Source: Bacteroidia bacterium (GTDB lineage Bacteria > Bacteroidota > Bacteroidia > 2-12-FULL-35-15). Taken from it: a stretch of 64,000 nt of DNA. Under the pieces are notes generated by a model. The model saw only the letters and a list, made by a program, of their open reading frames with translations, did no database searches and had not been told where the DNA came from. Within the stretch, counting starts at the first letter, position 1; each line of letters begins with the position of its first letter. Shown one piece after another: positions 37,969 to 47,706 of this stretch. A program made the position numbers and the translations under genes. The stretch covers positions 36,906-100,905 of the forward strand of contig JAVHPE010000095.1 of NCBI GenBank assembly GCA_036170475.1, read 5' to 3'.

Positions 37969-40656
37969 TTATTTACTTTTTATTGTTTTTGCAATTGGTT
38001 GAACAGCCCCATTTCTTTCAACGACAACAGCATTCTGTTTTTCATTGATATTTACTTTTCCATTTGATGGATAAATAAAATAATATTTATTAAACCCTTC
38101 AACTGCGTCAGGTGCAGCAAAAATAGGTAGGAAATTATGTTCCTTACAAAATTTCACTATCTCCGGACGGTTTTGTTTATCAATGGTTGCAACCTCGTCA
38201 ATAAACAACGCGATTTTATTGTGTTCATCCGCAACAGCTAAGCGATTGATAATGGACATAATCATTACCAAGCGAATCATTCGGTCGGTACCATCTGATT
38301 CAACCTGATTTGCAAGATCTACACGTTTATCGGTTCCTTTAATATGAAGTAATAATTCTATATTAAATAATTCATCAAAACTTACTTTTTTGCCACTGTC
38401 GAGGTAGGTATTTAATACTTTTAAATTTTCGGATTGGTCAAACTCAAAACTCATTTGCCCATTGAACTCCTGAATAGAGGCGATTTTTTTTAACTCGCCA
38501 ATGATGCGATCGTTATCCAACAATTCAATTTTCATTGATTCTATATTGGAGATACGCGTTTGCGAGAGTTTTTCGTTGAATTTTGTATAAACAAATTGTT
38601 TAAACTCTTCATAGCGTTTTAGCAAAGTGTAAGCAGGATTGGCAAATTGTGTTGAAATACTGGATAATAACCCATCGATGCTACGTTCTTTATCAGATAA
38701 ACAGGCTATTTCATCCTCCACAAAGTTTATAAACTGCTCAATGTCAGCGCTGTTATTGCGTAAACGATATTTTAAATTATCAAATATGGCATCTTTTTTT
38801 ACTTTTAATTCAATTCTGTCTTTTTGATGAATTGAAATTTTAGAAAAGATATAATCCAAATTATCATTTGTTTCGTATTCAGTAGGCACCAGATTAATAG
38901 CTTCCACTTCAATTTTTCGAGCTTTCAAATCTCTAACACGAACTTCCAGATTGCGTTTTTCTTCCTGCAATTTGTCAAACATAATTTGTTTTTGAGAAAT
39001 TTCTTTAACCAAGGAACTTAAAAGCTCTTCCAGTTCTTTCTTTTCCAACGTTAATGATCTAACATCATCCGTGATGGAACGAACCTGCTTTTCCAATGCA
39101 GGTTTGCTTTCAATCTGTTTCACTTTTTCTTTAATTAATTCAATTTCACTTAAAATCACTTTCAGTTTTGAATCAATTTTTTCTTTGTCAGCTACCGTTT
39201 TTAATAGCTCTTCCGTTTGTTTTTTCTCTAGCTGTAATCCTTTCAATTCATCTTTCAATTCTTTAACTGATTTGAATTCTTTCAGTGTGATTCCTTTAGT
39301 GATATCAATTTCGCCATCAAAAATCGCCAGTAGTTTTGCTGAAATTTTTTTGATTGGTTTTTTGATTTGTTTACTTGGCAAGCCTGTAACCTGTTCTGAA
39401 AGGACAGAATTAAGCAATTGCTTCACATCTTCGTTATCCGAAATTTTATGAATCAATAAATTGTTGTAATTATCAATTTGATTTTCGAGTGATGCGATTT
39501 GGTAATTTAATTTATCAATTCGCATTTCAAGTTGTTTACTTGATAATTTTTGAATCTCTATGGTAGTAAACCGTGTTTCAATGTCCTTACGATCTTTATC
39601 CAAATTGCGTAATGATTCTTTCAAGAAATCAACCGTTTCAAATTTAAGAATCTCATTCAATGCGGCTTGTTTTTCAACCAACAGATTGGTTTTGTTTTTT
39701 ATTTCGGCATTTTTTTCACCGATATAAGAAGCGTAATTTAATTCCTTAGGTTTTAATATCTCATTAATTTCGTTATGCACCGCGGCAATGTGTCTTCCTC
39801 TTTCGATAGAAGAAATTTCCAATTCAGGAATCGCGGAGGTGTAGGAATAATTAAAAGCGGAAATTAATTCACTAACGATTTTTGTTTTTGAATTATATAC
39901 TTTAACTAATTCGCGAAACTCAAGGAAATCGGTACGTACCGACTTAATACTTTTAATTTCCTCGTTAATACGCAATAAATCAGTAATATCTTTTTTGTTT
40001 TTTTGAGAGAAATTCAAACTTTCATTTTCACGATTATCAGCAATGATCAACGACTCTTTTAGCGTTTTATTTGTAATCAACTTGGAGTTGATTAAATAAC
40101 GATATACTTTTGAAAAATTATTACTCAAACCATCTGCTTTTACGGTATCTTCCAGCCATACCACAGCATTATTCTTTATTCCACGATGGTATACCAGATT
40201 AAAGACATCTGATTTAGTAGCAAATTTGCTATGTGCAATTCCTCTTTCAATAAGTTTTCCGATCACTTCATCAAAATTCAATAAGCGTTGATGTGTACCT
40301 TCGTTTTCAAAGAAATACTCTTCATCGTATTCACTGTCAATTTTATAGTATTCCAATTCGCCATCTGTATTTCTTTTCACAAGAATACAATAGTAGCCCA
40401 GCTTATTTATCTCGAATATTAAAAAACTTTTATTATGAGTAGGAAAGTAGTGATGGATAGTTTCTTTATCCCCTTTGCGTTGCCCGCTGAACGACATTTT
40501 TTGTCCGTCAACAACAAACAAAAAGTTCAAAGCATAAATCAAGGTACTTTTCCCGATGTTATTCGGTCCGACCAATTGCATTGAATCACAATTGTCTAGT
40601 TTCAATTCGGCTTTACCATAGCCTTTCGAGTTGATAAGGGAAATTCTTGTAAGCAT
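37969..40656 (-). CDS. SMC/MukB/JetC-like ABC ATPase (Rad50-type head halves separated by a long coiled coil)
   Basis: 895 aa. The N-terminal head (ISLINSKGYGK...LVGPNNIGKSTLIYALNFLF) carries a Walker A motif. About 400 aa of K/E/L-rich heptad coiled coil. The C-terminal head has Walker B (ALFIDEVATID) and a signature-like ESDGTDRM. Confidence 0.75.
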   Translation of the reverse strand: MLTRISLINSKGYGKAELKLDNCDSMQLVGPNNIGKSTLIYALNFLFVVDGQKMSFSGQRKGDKETIHHYFPTHNKSFLIFEINKLGYYCILVKRNTDGELEYYKIDSEYDEEYFFENEGTHQRLLNFDEVIGKLIERGIAHSKFATKSDVFNLVYHRGIKNNAVVWLEDTVKADGLSNNFSKVYRYLINSKLITNKTLKESLIIADNRENESLNFSQKNKKDITDLLRINEEIKSIKSVRTDFLEFRELVKVYNSKTKIVSELISAFNYSYTSAIPELEISSIERGRHIAAVHNEINEILKPKELNYASYIGEKNAEIKNKTNLLVEKQAALNEILKFETVDFLKESLRNLDKDRKDIETRFTTIEIQKLSSKQLEMRIDKLNYQIASLENQIDNYNNLLIHKISDNEDVKQLLNSVLSEQVTGLPSKQIKKPIKKISAKLLAIFDGEIDITKGITLKEFKSVKELKDELKGLQLEKKQTEELLKTVADKEKIDSKLKVILSEIELIKEKVKQIESKPALEKQVRSITDDVRSLTLEKKELEELLSSLVKEISQKQIMFDKLQEEKRNLEVRVRDLKARKIEVEAINLVPTEYETNDNLDYIFSKISIHQKDRIELKVKKDAIFDNLKYRLRNNSADIEQFINFVEDEIACLSDKERSIDGLLSSISTQFANPAYTLLKRYEEFKQFVYTKFNEKLSQTRISNIESMKIELLDNDRIIGELKKIASIQEFNGQMSFEFDQSENLKVLNTYLDSGKKVSFDELFNIELLLHIKGTDKRVDLANQVESDGTDRMIRLVMIMSIINRLAVADEHNKIALFIDEVATIDKQNRPEIVKFCKEHNFLPIFAAPDAVEGFNKYYFIYPSNGKVNINEKQNAVVVERNGAVQPIAKTIKSK

Positions 40657-40884
40657 CTTTTTTGAGTTTCAAATTTATTAGGGAGTCAAATATAGTGAGA
40701 TGCTTGTTTGGTTTGAAGTGCTGTTTGGAATGTTAATAACAAGTGCTTGAATACTAAATAATTACATTATTTTTTGTTGAAAAATTTAAAATGTTCAGAA
40801 TTAATTCTAACTATCAAAGCAATTTAACCCGTCATCAGGATTTAATAGGTTCTTGAGGTTGCCTCTATTTGCATGAGGGATTGC

Positions 40885-40948
40885 AATGGAAAGCCCGCAG
40901 CGCAGCGAGGACTTGTAATGGAAAGCCCGACCCGCAGCGCAGCGAAGG
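40885..40948. repeat. GC-rich ~27-nt direct repeat x2 (aatggaaagcccg..cgcagcgcagcga(g/a)gg) in the divergent intergenic region
   Basis: Read directly. Stands out against the AT-rich background. Confidence 0.6.
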
Positions 40949-41035
40949 GGCATGCCCAAAAATAATCCTGAATGGTGTAAATTATCTATATTTGTTTATA
41001 AGAAACTGTCAGTAAATTTATTAATATCACTAAAC

Positions 41036-41782
41036 ATGATTTCAAAATTGAGTAAAATAGCAGTGATTGCACTGTTCTTTGCGAGCTGCGATAATATGAC
41101 CATTTCAACCGGTGATGGTTCAAAGAAAATAACCGGTAACGGAAAAACCGTTTCTGAGTTGCGTGAAATAAAATCGTTCAATGCAATTTCAATAGATGGA
41201 GTTTTTAATGTTATTCTGGAGCAGGGAAGTAAAGAAAGTGCAAAAGTAGAAACCGATGAAAATATTTTACCAGTAATTATTACAGTTGTTGAAAACGATA
41301 CATTGAAGGTAAAAATGAAGGATAGCACTTCTGTCCACAAAATGACCAAATTGGATGTGTTTATAACCCTTGTATCAATTTCAAGTATAAAGACTGTTGG
41401 AGTAGGTAGTTTGAAAAGCACAAATACATTGCATTTAAAAGATCTTGATTTGAATTTTGAAGGTGTAGGTGCTACGGAAATAAACCTGGAAGCAGATAAA
41501 TTAACAGTCGAATCAAAAACCGTTGGTGCCTTATTATTATCGGGTCTTGTAAAAGAAACAACAATTAATCATAATGGTGTTGGGATAATACATGCCTTCG
41601 ACTTAAAATCAGAAAAACTAATACTACATACAAGTGGAGTTGGTGCCGCAGAAGTATTTGCATCGCAGGAACTGACGATTGACGCATCAGGCATAGGTGG
41701 CGTAGAATACAAAGGAGGAGCCACTATAAAAGAAATTAAAAATGATGGAATTGGAAAAGTTGTTTGTATGGATTGTAAATAA
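41036..41782 (+). CDS. Lipoprotein, DUF2807/GIN-domain family (paralog of 5985..6761)
   Basis: Lipobox LFFASC. Repetitive G-V-G beta-solenoid-like repeats. The ORF is open from 40952, but the signal peptide starts at Met 41036. Confidence 0.6.
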   Translation: MISKLSKIAVIALFFASCDNMTISTGDGSKKITGNGKTVSELREIKSFNAISIDGVFNVILEQGSKESAKVETDENILPVIITVVENDTLKVKMKDSTSVHKMTKLDVFITLVSISSIKTVGVGSLKSTNTLHLKDLDLNFEGVGATEINLEADKLTVESKTVGALLLSGLVKETTINHNGVGIIHAFDLKSEKLILHTSGVGAAEVFASQELTIDASGIGGVEYKGGATIKEIKNDGIGKVVCMDCK

Positions 41783-41791
41783 AGGAGAGTA

Positions 41792-42589
41792 TTACTTTAG
41801 CTCAACTTTTACCAAATAACTTCCCGCATTTTGCGCATTATAAACTTCTTCATAGATTGAAAGATATAATATTCCAGTATCATTAGAGATTCCTGAATAC
41901 TTTTCTCCTGCTCTTGTCATAACTCCATGTTCAGCAATTTTAAAAACTACATTTCCGTAGGTTGGATACGTGTAATTGTTTGTTGCGGAATCATCCACAG
42001 AAAGGGGAGCATAATCATAGGAAGAAGCGGTTGTAGATGTTCCTCCCACAGTTTTACCATCAGGAGTATATTTTGCACCTGATAAACTTGCAAGGACTAC
42101 TTGTCCATTTGCGGAAATAGAAAGTTTTTGTCCCTTTTTAACCATAATTCCTGTGTTTAACCATCCACCGGCAGTATTGCTACTAATATGTTTTGATCCA
42201 ATAAGTTTAAAAGCTGTTTGTCCGTCCGCAGTATTAAATATCTCTATACTTTCCATCTTTTCACCAGGAATAGTCAAGACACCATATTCTGTTTTTATTT
42301 CCAATGATTTAATATTTGTCTGACCGGCAATATTGTAGGTATAATTAATTTCAACAACATCAACTGTTTTTACGGTTTCTCCATCTTCCTGTTTTACTCC
42401 CATTTTTATACTTGATACATCCTTAACAGGAATATCCAGTTTCCCGTAATCAGTAATCAGATTTATTTTTGATAATGAGGCAGCGCCTAAAACGATATTA
42501 CCATCCTTTAAAATAATACGAAGTTGTACCTGAGAAAACAACAAGGGGGAAAGAAGGATTAAAAATCCGGTTAAACTTTTTCTGAGCAT
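41792..42589 (-). CDS. Secreted hypothetical protein
   Basis: 265 aa with a signal peptide (FLILLSPLLFSQ). An (ATGA)n SSR lies 18-63 nt upstream of its start. Confidence 0.5.
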   Translation of the reverse strand: MLRKSLTGFLILLSPLLFSQVQLRIILKDGNIVLGAASLSKINLITDYGKLDIPVKDVSSIKMGVKQEDGETVKTVDVVEINYTYNIAGQTNIKSLEIKTEYGVLTIPGEKMESIEIFNTADGQTAFKLIGSKHISSNTAGGWLNTGIMVKKGQKLSISANGQVVLASLSGAKYTPDGKTVGGTSTTASSYDYAPLSVDDSATNNYTYPTYGNVVFKIAEHGVMTRAGEKYSGISNDTGILYLSIYEEVYNAQNAGSYLVKVELK

Positions 42590-42606
42590 TAGCTTATGTT
42601 TTATTT

Positions 42607-42652
42607 ATGAATGAATGAATGAATGAATGAATGAATGAATGAATGAATGAAT
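42607..42652. repeat. (ATGA)~11 tetranucleotide microsatellite, 18-63 nt upstream of the start codon of the secreted-protein gene 41792..42589
   Basis: atgaatgaatgaatga... read directly. Confidence 0.9.
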
Positions 42653-42772
42653 AAATAAATGTTTGTTCGAACAAATTAAAACTAAAGAATGAAACCAGTC
42701 ACGCTAAAAATTAAATTCGGTAGTAAAAATATGAATAAGTTATTACCTTGAGAATTTTTTTTCAGACAGACA

Positions 42773-44113
42773 CTATTTATAGTCCACAGTAAAAATATCT
42801 TCAGCATAATGCTTAACTAAAACGGAGCCATCCGCATCCAATTCTTTAAGAGTTACTTGTTTCAATTGGTTAATCAAGTCACGGTTGTATGGAGTTTTTA
42901 CCTTAATATAATTGTCGGTAAAGCCATGCATAAAGCCATCTTTTTTATCCGCTTCGAATAATACTGTATGTGTTTCGCCTAAATGTTGTTCGTAAAAATA
43001 TCTCAGCTTTTTTGCGGAAAGAATACGTAACATTTTATTTCGTTTTTTACGGATAGCGACAGGAACAATATTTTTCAGATGAATGGCATCAGTATTATCT
43101 CTTTCGGAATAGGTAAAAACATGTAAATAAGAAATAGTTAATTCATTCAGGAAGTTATAAGTATCTATAAAATCTTCATCGCTTTCGCCCGGAAAACCAA
43201 CTATGACATCCACACCAATGCAGCACTGAGGCATTAATGTTTTAATTTTTGCAATCCGTTCGGAAAATAATTCACGCAAATAACGTCTGCGCATAGCCTT
43301 TAGCATCTTGTTACTTCCCGATTGTAATGGTATATGAAAATGCGGAACAAATCTTTTTGATTGTGCGACAAATTCAATAATTTCATCTTTCAATAAATTT
43401 GGCTCAATGGAAGAAATCCGGAAACGTTCAATACCTTTCACACTATCTAATTCTTTTACTAAATCAAAAAAAGTTTCTTTTTTATGATTACTTGTTTTAG
43501 ATTCGTTGTTACCAAAATCACCCAGATTAACCCCTGTAAGGACAATCTCTTTCATATTTTGTTTTGCAATATCGTTTGCATTTTTTATCGCGTTTTTAAT
43601 AGTATCGCTGCGACTATTGCCTCTGGCTAATGGAATAGTGCAAAATGAACAATTATAATCGCACCCATCCTGTACTTTCAGAAAAACACGTGTACGGTTA
43701 CCAATAGAGTATGAATCAACAAAAAAATTCGCGTTTTCAATTTCACAGCTATAAATTTCAGCTTTTGTTTTTTTTGTTAAATCATTTAAGTAATTAAGCA
43801 ATTTGAATTTCTCGGAAGCACCCAAAACTAAATCAACGCCATAAATATTAGCGATATCTTCAGGCTTTAATTGGGCGTAACATCCCACTATTACGATGTA
43901 TGCATCAGGAGAAATGCTCAATGCCGACTTTACGATTTGTTTACATTCCTTATCAGCATTGGCAGTAACAGTACATGTATTAATAACATATACATCCGGA
44001 GATTCCTTGAAATCAACCTTAAGGTAACCCTGTTCTTCAAACAAACGTGCAATGGTAGAGGTTTCGGAAAAATTTAACTTACAGCCAAGTGTATAGAAGG
44101 CTACTTTTTTCAT
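42773..44113 (-). CDS. mtaB: tRNA methylthiotransferase, MtaB-like (radical SAM, UPF0004 plus TRAM)
   Basis: 446 aa. The N-terminus MKKVAFYTLGCKLNFSETS resembles B. subtilis MtaB. Radical SAM CDYNCSFCTIP. Confidence 0.8.
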   Translation of the reverse strand: MKKVAFYTLGCKLNFSETSTIARLFEEQGYLKVDFKESPDVYVINTCTVTANADKECKQIVKSALSISPDAYIVIVGCYAQLKPEDIANIYGVDLVLGASEKFKLLNYLNDLTKKTKAEIYSCEIENANFFVDSYSIGNRTRVFLKVQDGCDYNCSFCTIPLARGNSRSDTIKNAIKNANDIAKQNMKEIVLTGVNLGDFGNNESKTSNHKKETFFDLVKELDSVKGIERFRISSIEPNLLKDEIIEFVAQSKRFVPHFHIPLQSGSNKMLKAMRRRYLRELFSERIAKIKTLMPQCCIGVDVIVGFPGESDEDFIDTYNFLNELTISYLHVFTYSERDNTDAIHLKNIVPVAIRKKRNKMLRILSAKKLRYFYEQHLGETHTVLFEADKKDGFMHGFTDNYIKVKTPYNRDLINQLKQVTLKELDADGSVLVKHYAEDIFTVDYK

Positions 44114-44537
44114 AGGGTAACGAAGTTAGTAAATTTCAATGGAACAGGATCGAATCTTGGAGTAAATTTTTAATATAACTCTGTCCGAAATCAAAAAGAA
44201 TATTTTATTCTCTGAATAATTACCATGAAAAACAAAAGTCATACTTTTGATTTTCATGGATAAAATATTTGTCGAACAAAGTGGTAACAATTTAAAAATT
44301 CGTTACAGTTTAGGTCCAATCCCTTAAACTATTTTATTGTTTTTAAAATTAATAAAACTAACAGATTTAGCAAAAATTATAATCTGAAAGGCGCATAAGC
44401 CAGAAAAGGTAGCGGGGGCAGCATTTGCTAGTGCGTGTGCCGATGACCTTTTCTTGAATTTTTTGTTACTTTTTGTTTCAAGACAAAAAGTAAAATGCTT
44501 AAAAGGACTAGGAATTCTATATCTTAGATGAATATAA

Positions 44538-45152
44538 TTAGGTGCAAAGCCCTATTATCAGACTACCTAAATAGTAACAAAAATTCAATAATTCCTCATA
44601 CAATTCTTTTACAGGCAGTCCCATCACATTAAAATAAGAGCCTTCAATTTTCTCAATAGCGATGTATCCAATCCAATCCTGTGCGCCATAAGCACCTGCT
44701 TTATCATAAGGATTAAAATTATTGACATAATATTCAATTTCTTCCTGAGATACTTTTTTAAAATAAACATGGGTTAATGCGTAAAATGTTTTTGTCTTAT
44801 GTTTTGATTTTAAACAAACTCCAGTATATACTTCGTGTTTTTTTCCTGAAAGCATTTTTAGCATACGTACAGCATCCTCATAATTTTTAGGTTTATTGAG
44901 TACTTGATTATCTATCCAAACAATGGTATCTGCGGTAATCACAATGGTATTATCGCTTAGCTCCTTATCAAATGCCTCCGCTTTTTTTCTACATAAATAA
45001 AGAGGAATTTCCTGAGCAATTAAATTTTCAGGGAAACTTTCATCTACCTCTTTAGTGTGTACCTCAAAATTAAAGCCTAATTCTTTCAGCAAATACTGTC
45101 TTCGCGGTGATTTGGAAGCCAGTATTAATTTGTATTTTTTTATATCTTTCAT
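44538..45152 (-). CDS. maf: Maf-like nucleoside triphosphate pyrophosphatase (septum formation protein Maf)
   Basis: 204 aa. Maf N-terminal motif LILASKSPRRQYLLKELG. Confidence 0.85.
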   Translation of the reverse strand: MKDIKKYKLILASKSPRRQYLLKELGFNFEVHTKEVDESFPENLIAQEIPLYLCRKKAEAFDKELSDNTIVITADTIVWIDNQVLNKPKNYEDAVRMLKMLSGKKHEVYTGVCLKSKHKTKTFYALTHVYFKKVSQEEIEYYVNNFNPYDKAGAYGAQDWIGYIAIEKIEGSYFNVMGLPVKELYEELLNFCYYLGSLIIGLCT

Positions 45153-45276
45153 TTTACTACATTAAATTTTAAAACCTCCTCCTAAATCCATTTCCTTAAA
45201 TAATGGAAAACTAGTAATTTTTTTACCAAAGGTAGCACAGATTTAGGTAGATTTTTCTATGGTAATTTGAATTAAA

Positions 45277-45295
45277 TTACTGATTTAATCAGTAA
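45277..45295. promoter_or_regulatory. Perfect 9-1-9 palindrome TTACTGATT-T-AATCAGTAA ~80 nt upstream of bioB (candidate operator)
   Basis: Read directly. Confidence 0.4.
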
Positions 45296-45373
45296 AATAC
45301 TTCTACTCGTATTTCAAACTGCAACAGTAAATCAATAATTATTTTTATATTTGCATTCAATCGAAAAAAAATT

Positions 45374-46345
45374 ATGACAACAGCAAGACATAACTGGACA
45401 GTTACAGAAATACTTGATATATATAATTCGCCTTTACTTGGATTAATTAATCGTGCACAGCAAATTCACCGTGAGTTTAATGATGCTGCTGAAGTTCAAG
45501 TAAGTTCGCTATTGTCAATAAAAACAGGTGGTTGCGTTGAAGATTGCAGTTATTGCTCTCAGGCAGCAAGGTATAATACCGATGTTGAAATACAAAAGTT
45601 AATGGAAGTAAGTCAGGTGTTATTAGCGGCTGACAGGGCAAAAGCAGGTGGCGCATCTCGTATATGTATGGGAGCAGCCTGGCGCGAAGTAAGAGATAAC
45701 AGCGATTTTGACCGGGTGCTGGAAATGGTAAAAGGCGTAAACGAAAAAGGAATAGAAGTGTGCTGCACCTTAGGAATGCTTACTGAAACACAAGCACAAA
45801 AGCTTGCAGATGCCGGGTTATATGCCTATAACCATAATCTGGATACATCAGAGGACAACTATAAAAAAATTATTACTACCCGCAGTTATAATGATCGATT
45901 AGATACAATTAAAAACGTACGTAAAGCTAAAATAACTGTTTGTTCCGGAGGTATTATCGGTTTAGGTGAAACCATTGAAGATCGTGTTAATATGCTGAAA
46001 ACATTATCATCTATGGAAATTCATCCTGAATCAGTTCCAATAAATGCGTTGGTTCCGGTTGCAGGCACTCCAATGGAAAACCAGCCACTTGTTCCTATCT
46101 GGGATATGGTGCGTATGATAGCCACCACACGTATTGTTATGCCTGAAACAGTAGTTCGGCTTTCAGCAGGCCGCACACAAATGAGTTTAGAAGGACAAGC
46201 CTTATGCTTTTTGGCTGGCGCTAATTCAATTTTTGCCGGAGATAAATTATTAACAACCCCTAATCCGGATTTTAATACGGATATGGAAATGTTTAAAACT
46301 TTCGGATTAACTCCAACTAAATCATCTAAACAAATTGAGAGTTAG
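45374..46345 (+). CDS. bioB: Biotin synthase
   Basis: 323 aa. Radical SAM motif [10 protein letters not shown] plus BioB-specific [2Fe-2S] region. Confidence 0.95.
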   Translation: MTTARHNWTVTEILDIYNSPLLGLINRAQQIHREFNDAAEVQVSSLLSIKTGGCVEDCSYCSQAARYNTDVEIQKLMEVSQVLLAADRAKAGGASRICMGAAWREVRDNSDFDRVLEMVKGVNEKGIEVCCTLGMLTETQAQKLADAGLYAYNHNLDTSEDNYKKIITTRSYNDRLDTIKNVRKAKITVCSGGIIGLGETIEDRVNMLKTLSSMEIHPESVPINALVPVAGTPMENQPLVPIWDMVRMIATTRIVMPETVVRLSAGRTQMSLEGQALCFLAGANSIFAGDKLLTTPNPDFNTDMEMFKTFGLTPTKSSKQIES

Positions 46346-46387
46346 AAAGTTGGAGAGTTGGAGTTTGAAATAGTTGAAATCGCTTAA

Positions 46388-47572
46388 ATGATTCATTCAA
46401 AAAATAAAAAAATAAAAAAAACATCTATTGTTTTTCCCGCTGATAAATTTTTATCCGGTTCTCTTCACAAACGGATAGAACAAAGTTCGTTACGTAAATT
46501 AGTTATTAATAATCAGTTGATTGATTTTTGTAGTAACGACTATTTAGGTTTTGCCAGTAATAAAGAATTAATTGACTTTACCGAACTTGAGATCTCAAAT
46601 CTCAAATCTCAAATCTCAAATCTCTCCGGTTCAACCGGTTCTCGTTTATTAGCGGGCAATTCAGCTTATGCCGAAACATTAGAAAAAAAAACCGCAACAT
46701 TTCACCATGCAGAAGCTGGTTTAATTTATAATTCGGGTTATGATGCAAATGTGGGTTTATTCTCTGCCTTAGGGCAAACAGGGGATACTATCATTTATGA
46801 TGAATTGATACATGCCTCAGTGCATGATGGAATAAGATTATCATCAGCCTCCGCTTTTATGTTCAGGCACAATAACATTTTACATCTGGAAGAACGTCTG
46901 AAAATAGCAAAAGAGATTGTTTACGTTGTTGTTGAAAGCATTTATTCAATGGACGGAGATACGGCATCATTAAAAGAAATTGCTATACTCTGTAAAAAGC
47001 ACAATGCCAATTTAATTGTTGATGAGGCTCATGCAACAGGCATTACACTCAATAATGGCAAAGGAATTGTAAGCCAGTTGAATCTGGAACAGGATATTTT
47101 TGCCCGTATTCATACTTTTGGCAAAGCACTTGGATGCCATGGTGCTATCGTACTTGGAAGCGATTTGCTTCGTAATTTTCTGATCAACTTTTCCCGCTCT
47201 TTTATTTATACTACTGCCTTGCCGGTAAAAAGTCTTGTTGCTGTGAACCAAGCCTATCAATTACTTCAGAAGAGTGAAGACTTGATCAAACAACTTCATG
47301 AACTTATCCGATACTTTAAAAACCATCTTTCAGAAAATCCAAAAGCACAATTAATTGTAAGCAATAGTGCCATACAAAGTATCATTGTTACCGGAAATGA
47401 CAAGGTAAAAAAACTTGCTTCCATATTGCAACAAGGCGGGTATGATGTACGCCCTATTCTTAGTCCGACCGTTCCCAAAGGAAAAGAACGTTTACGTATT
47501 TGTATTCATGCTTTCAATACACAATCGCAAATTCAAGGCTTATGTGATTCTATTAACAAGCACTTTAAATAA
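46388..47572 (+). CDS. bioF: 8-amino-7-oxononanoate synthase
   Basis: 394 aa. Collinear with E. coli BioF (SNDYLGF, PLP-lysine region TFGKALG). Contains an in-frame heptanucleotide repeat at 46592-46624. Confidence 0.9.
   Translation: MIHSKNKKIKKTSIVFPADKFLSGSLHKRIEQSSLRKLVINNQLIDFCSNDYLGFASNKELIDFTELEISNLKSQISNLSGSTGSRLLAGNSAYAETLEKKTATFHHAEAGLIYNSGYDANVGLFSALGQTGDTIIYDELIHASVHDGIRLSSASAFMFRHNNILHLEERLKIAKEIVYVVVESIYSMDGDTASLKEIAILCKKHNANLIVDEAHATGITLNNGKGIVSQLNLEQDIFARIHTFGKALGCHGAIVLGSDLLRNFLINFSRSFIYTTALPVKSLVAVNQAYQLLQKSEDLIKQLHELIRYFKNHLSENPKAQLIVSNSAIQSIIVTGNDKVKKLASILQQGGYDVRPILSPTVPKGKERLRICIHAFNTQSQIQGLCDSINKHFK
46592..46624 (+). repeat. (ATCTCAA)x4 plus partial heptanucleotide repeat in-frame inside bioF
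   Basis: atctcaaatctcaaatctcaaatctcaaatctc, encoding ..EISNLKSQISNL.. Confidence 0.85.
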
Positions 47573-47706
47573 TTATTTGCTTTTGCACACTAATCAATTT
47601 TAACATTGCTATTTAAGCAATTTCCCTCAATAATTTCAAAAAACGAAAAAACATTCCTTATCTTGCGTCTCCAAATTCAACAATATTGAAATATTAAATT
47701 TATACT

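Noticed and set aside
40952-41035. Upstream extension of the DUF2807 lipoprotein ORF
   Set aside because: The lipoprotein signal peptide starts at the internal Met (41036). The extension is non-conserved.
44380-44450. Relatively GC-rich stretch (ggcgcataagcc...gtgtgccgatgacc) between maf and mtaB considered as a small RNA
   Set aside because: There is no match to SRP, RNase P, 6S or tmRNA motifs that I can recognise, and no convincing structure. It is probably just promoter/terminator sequence.
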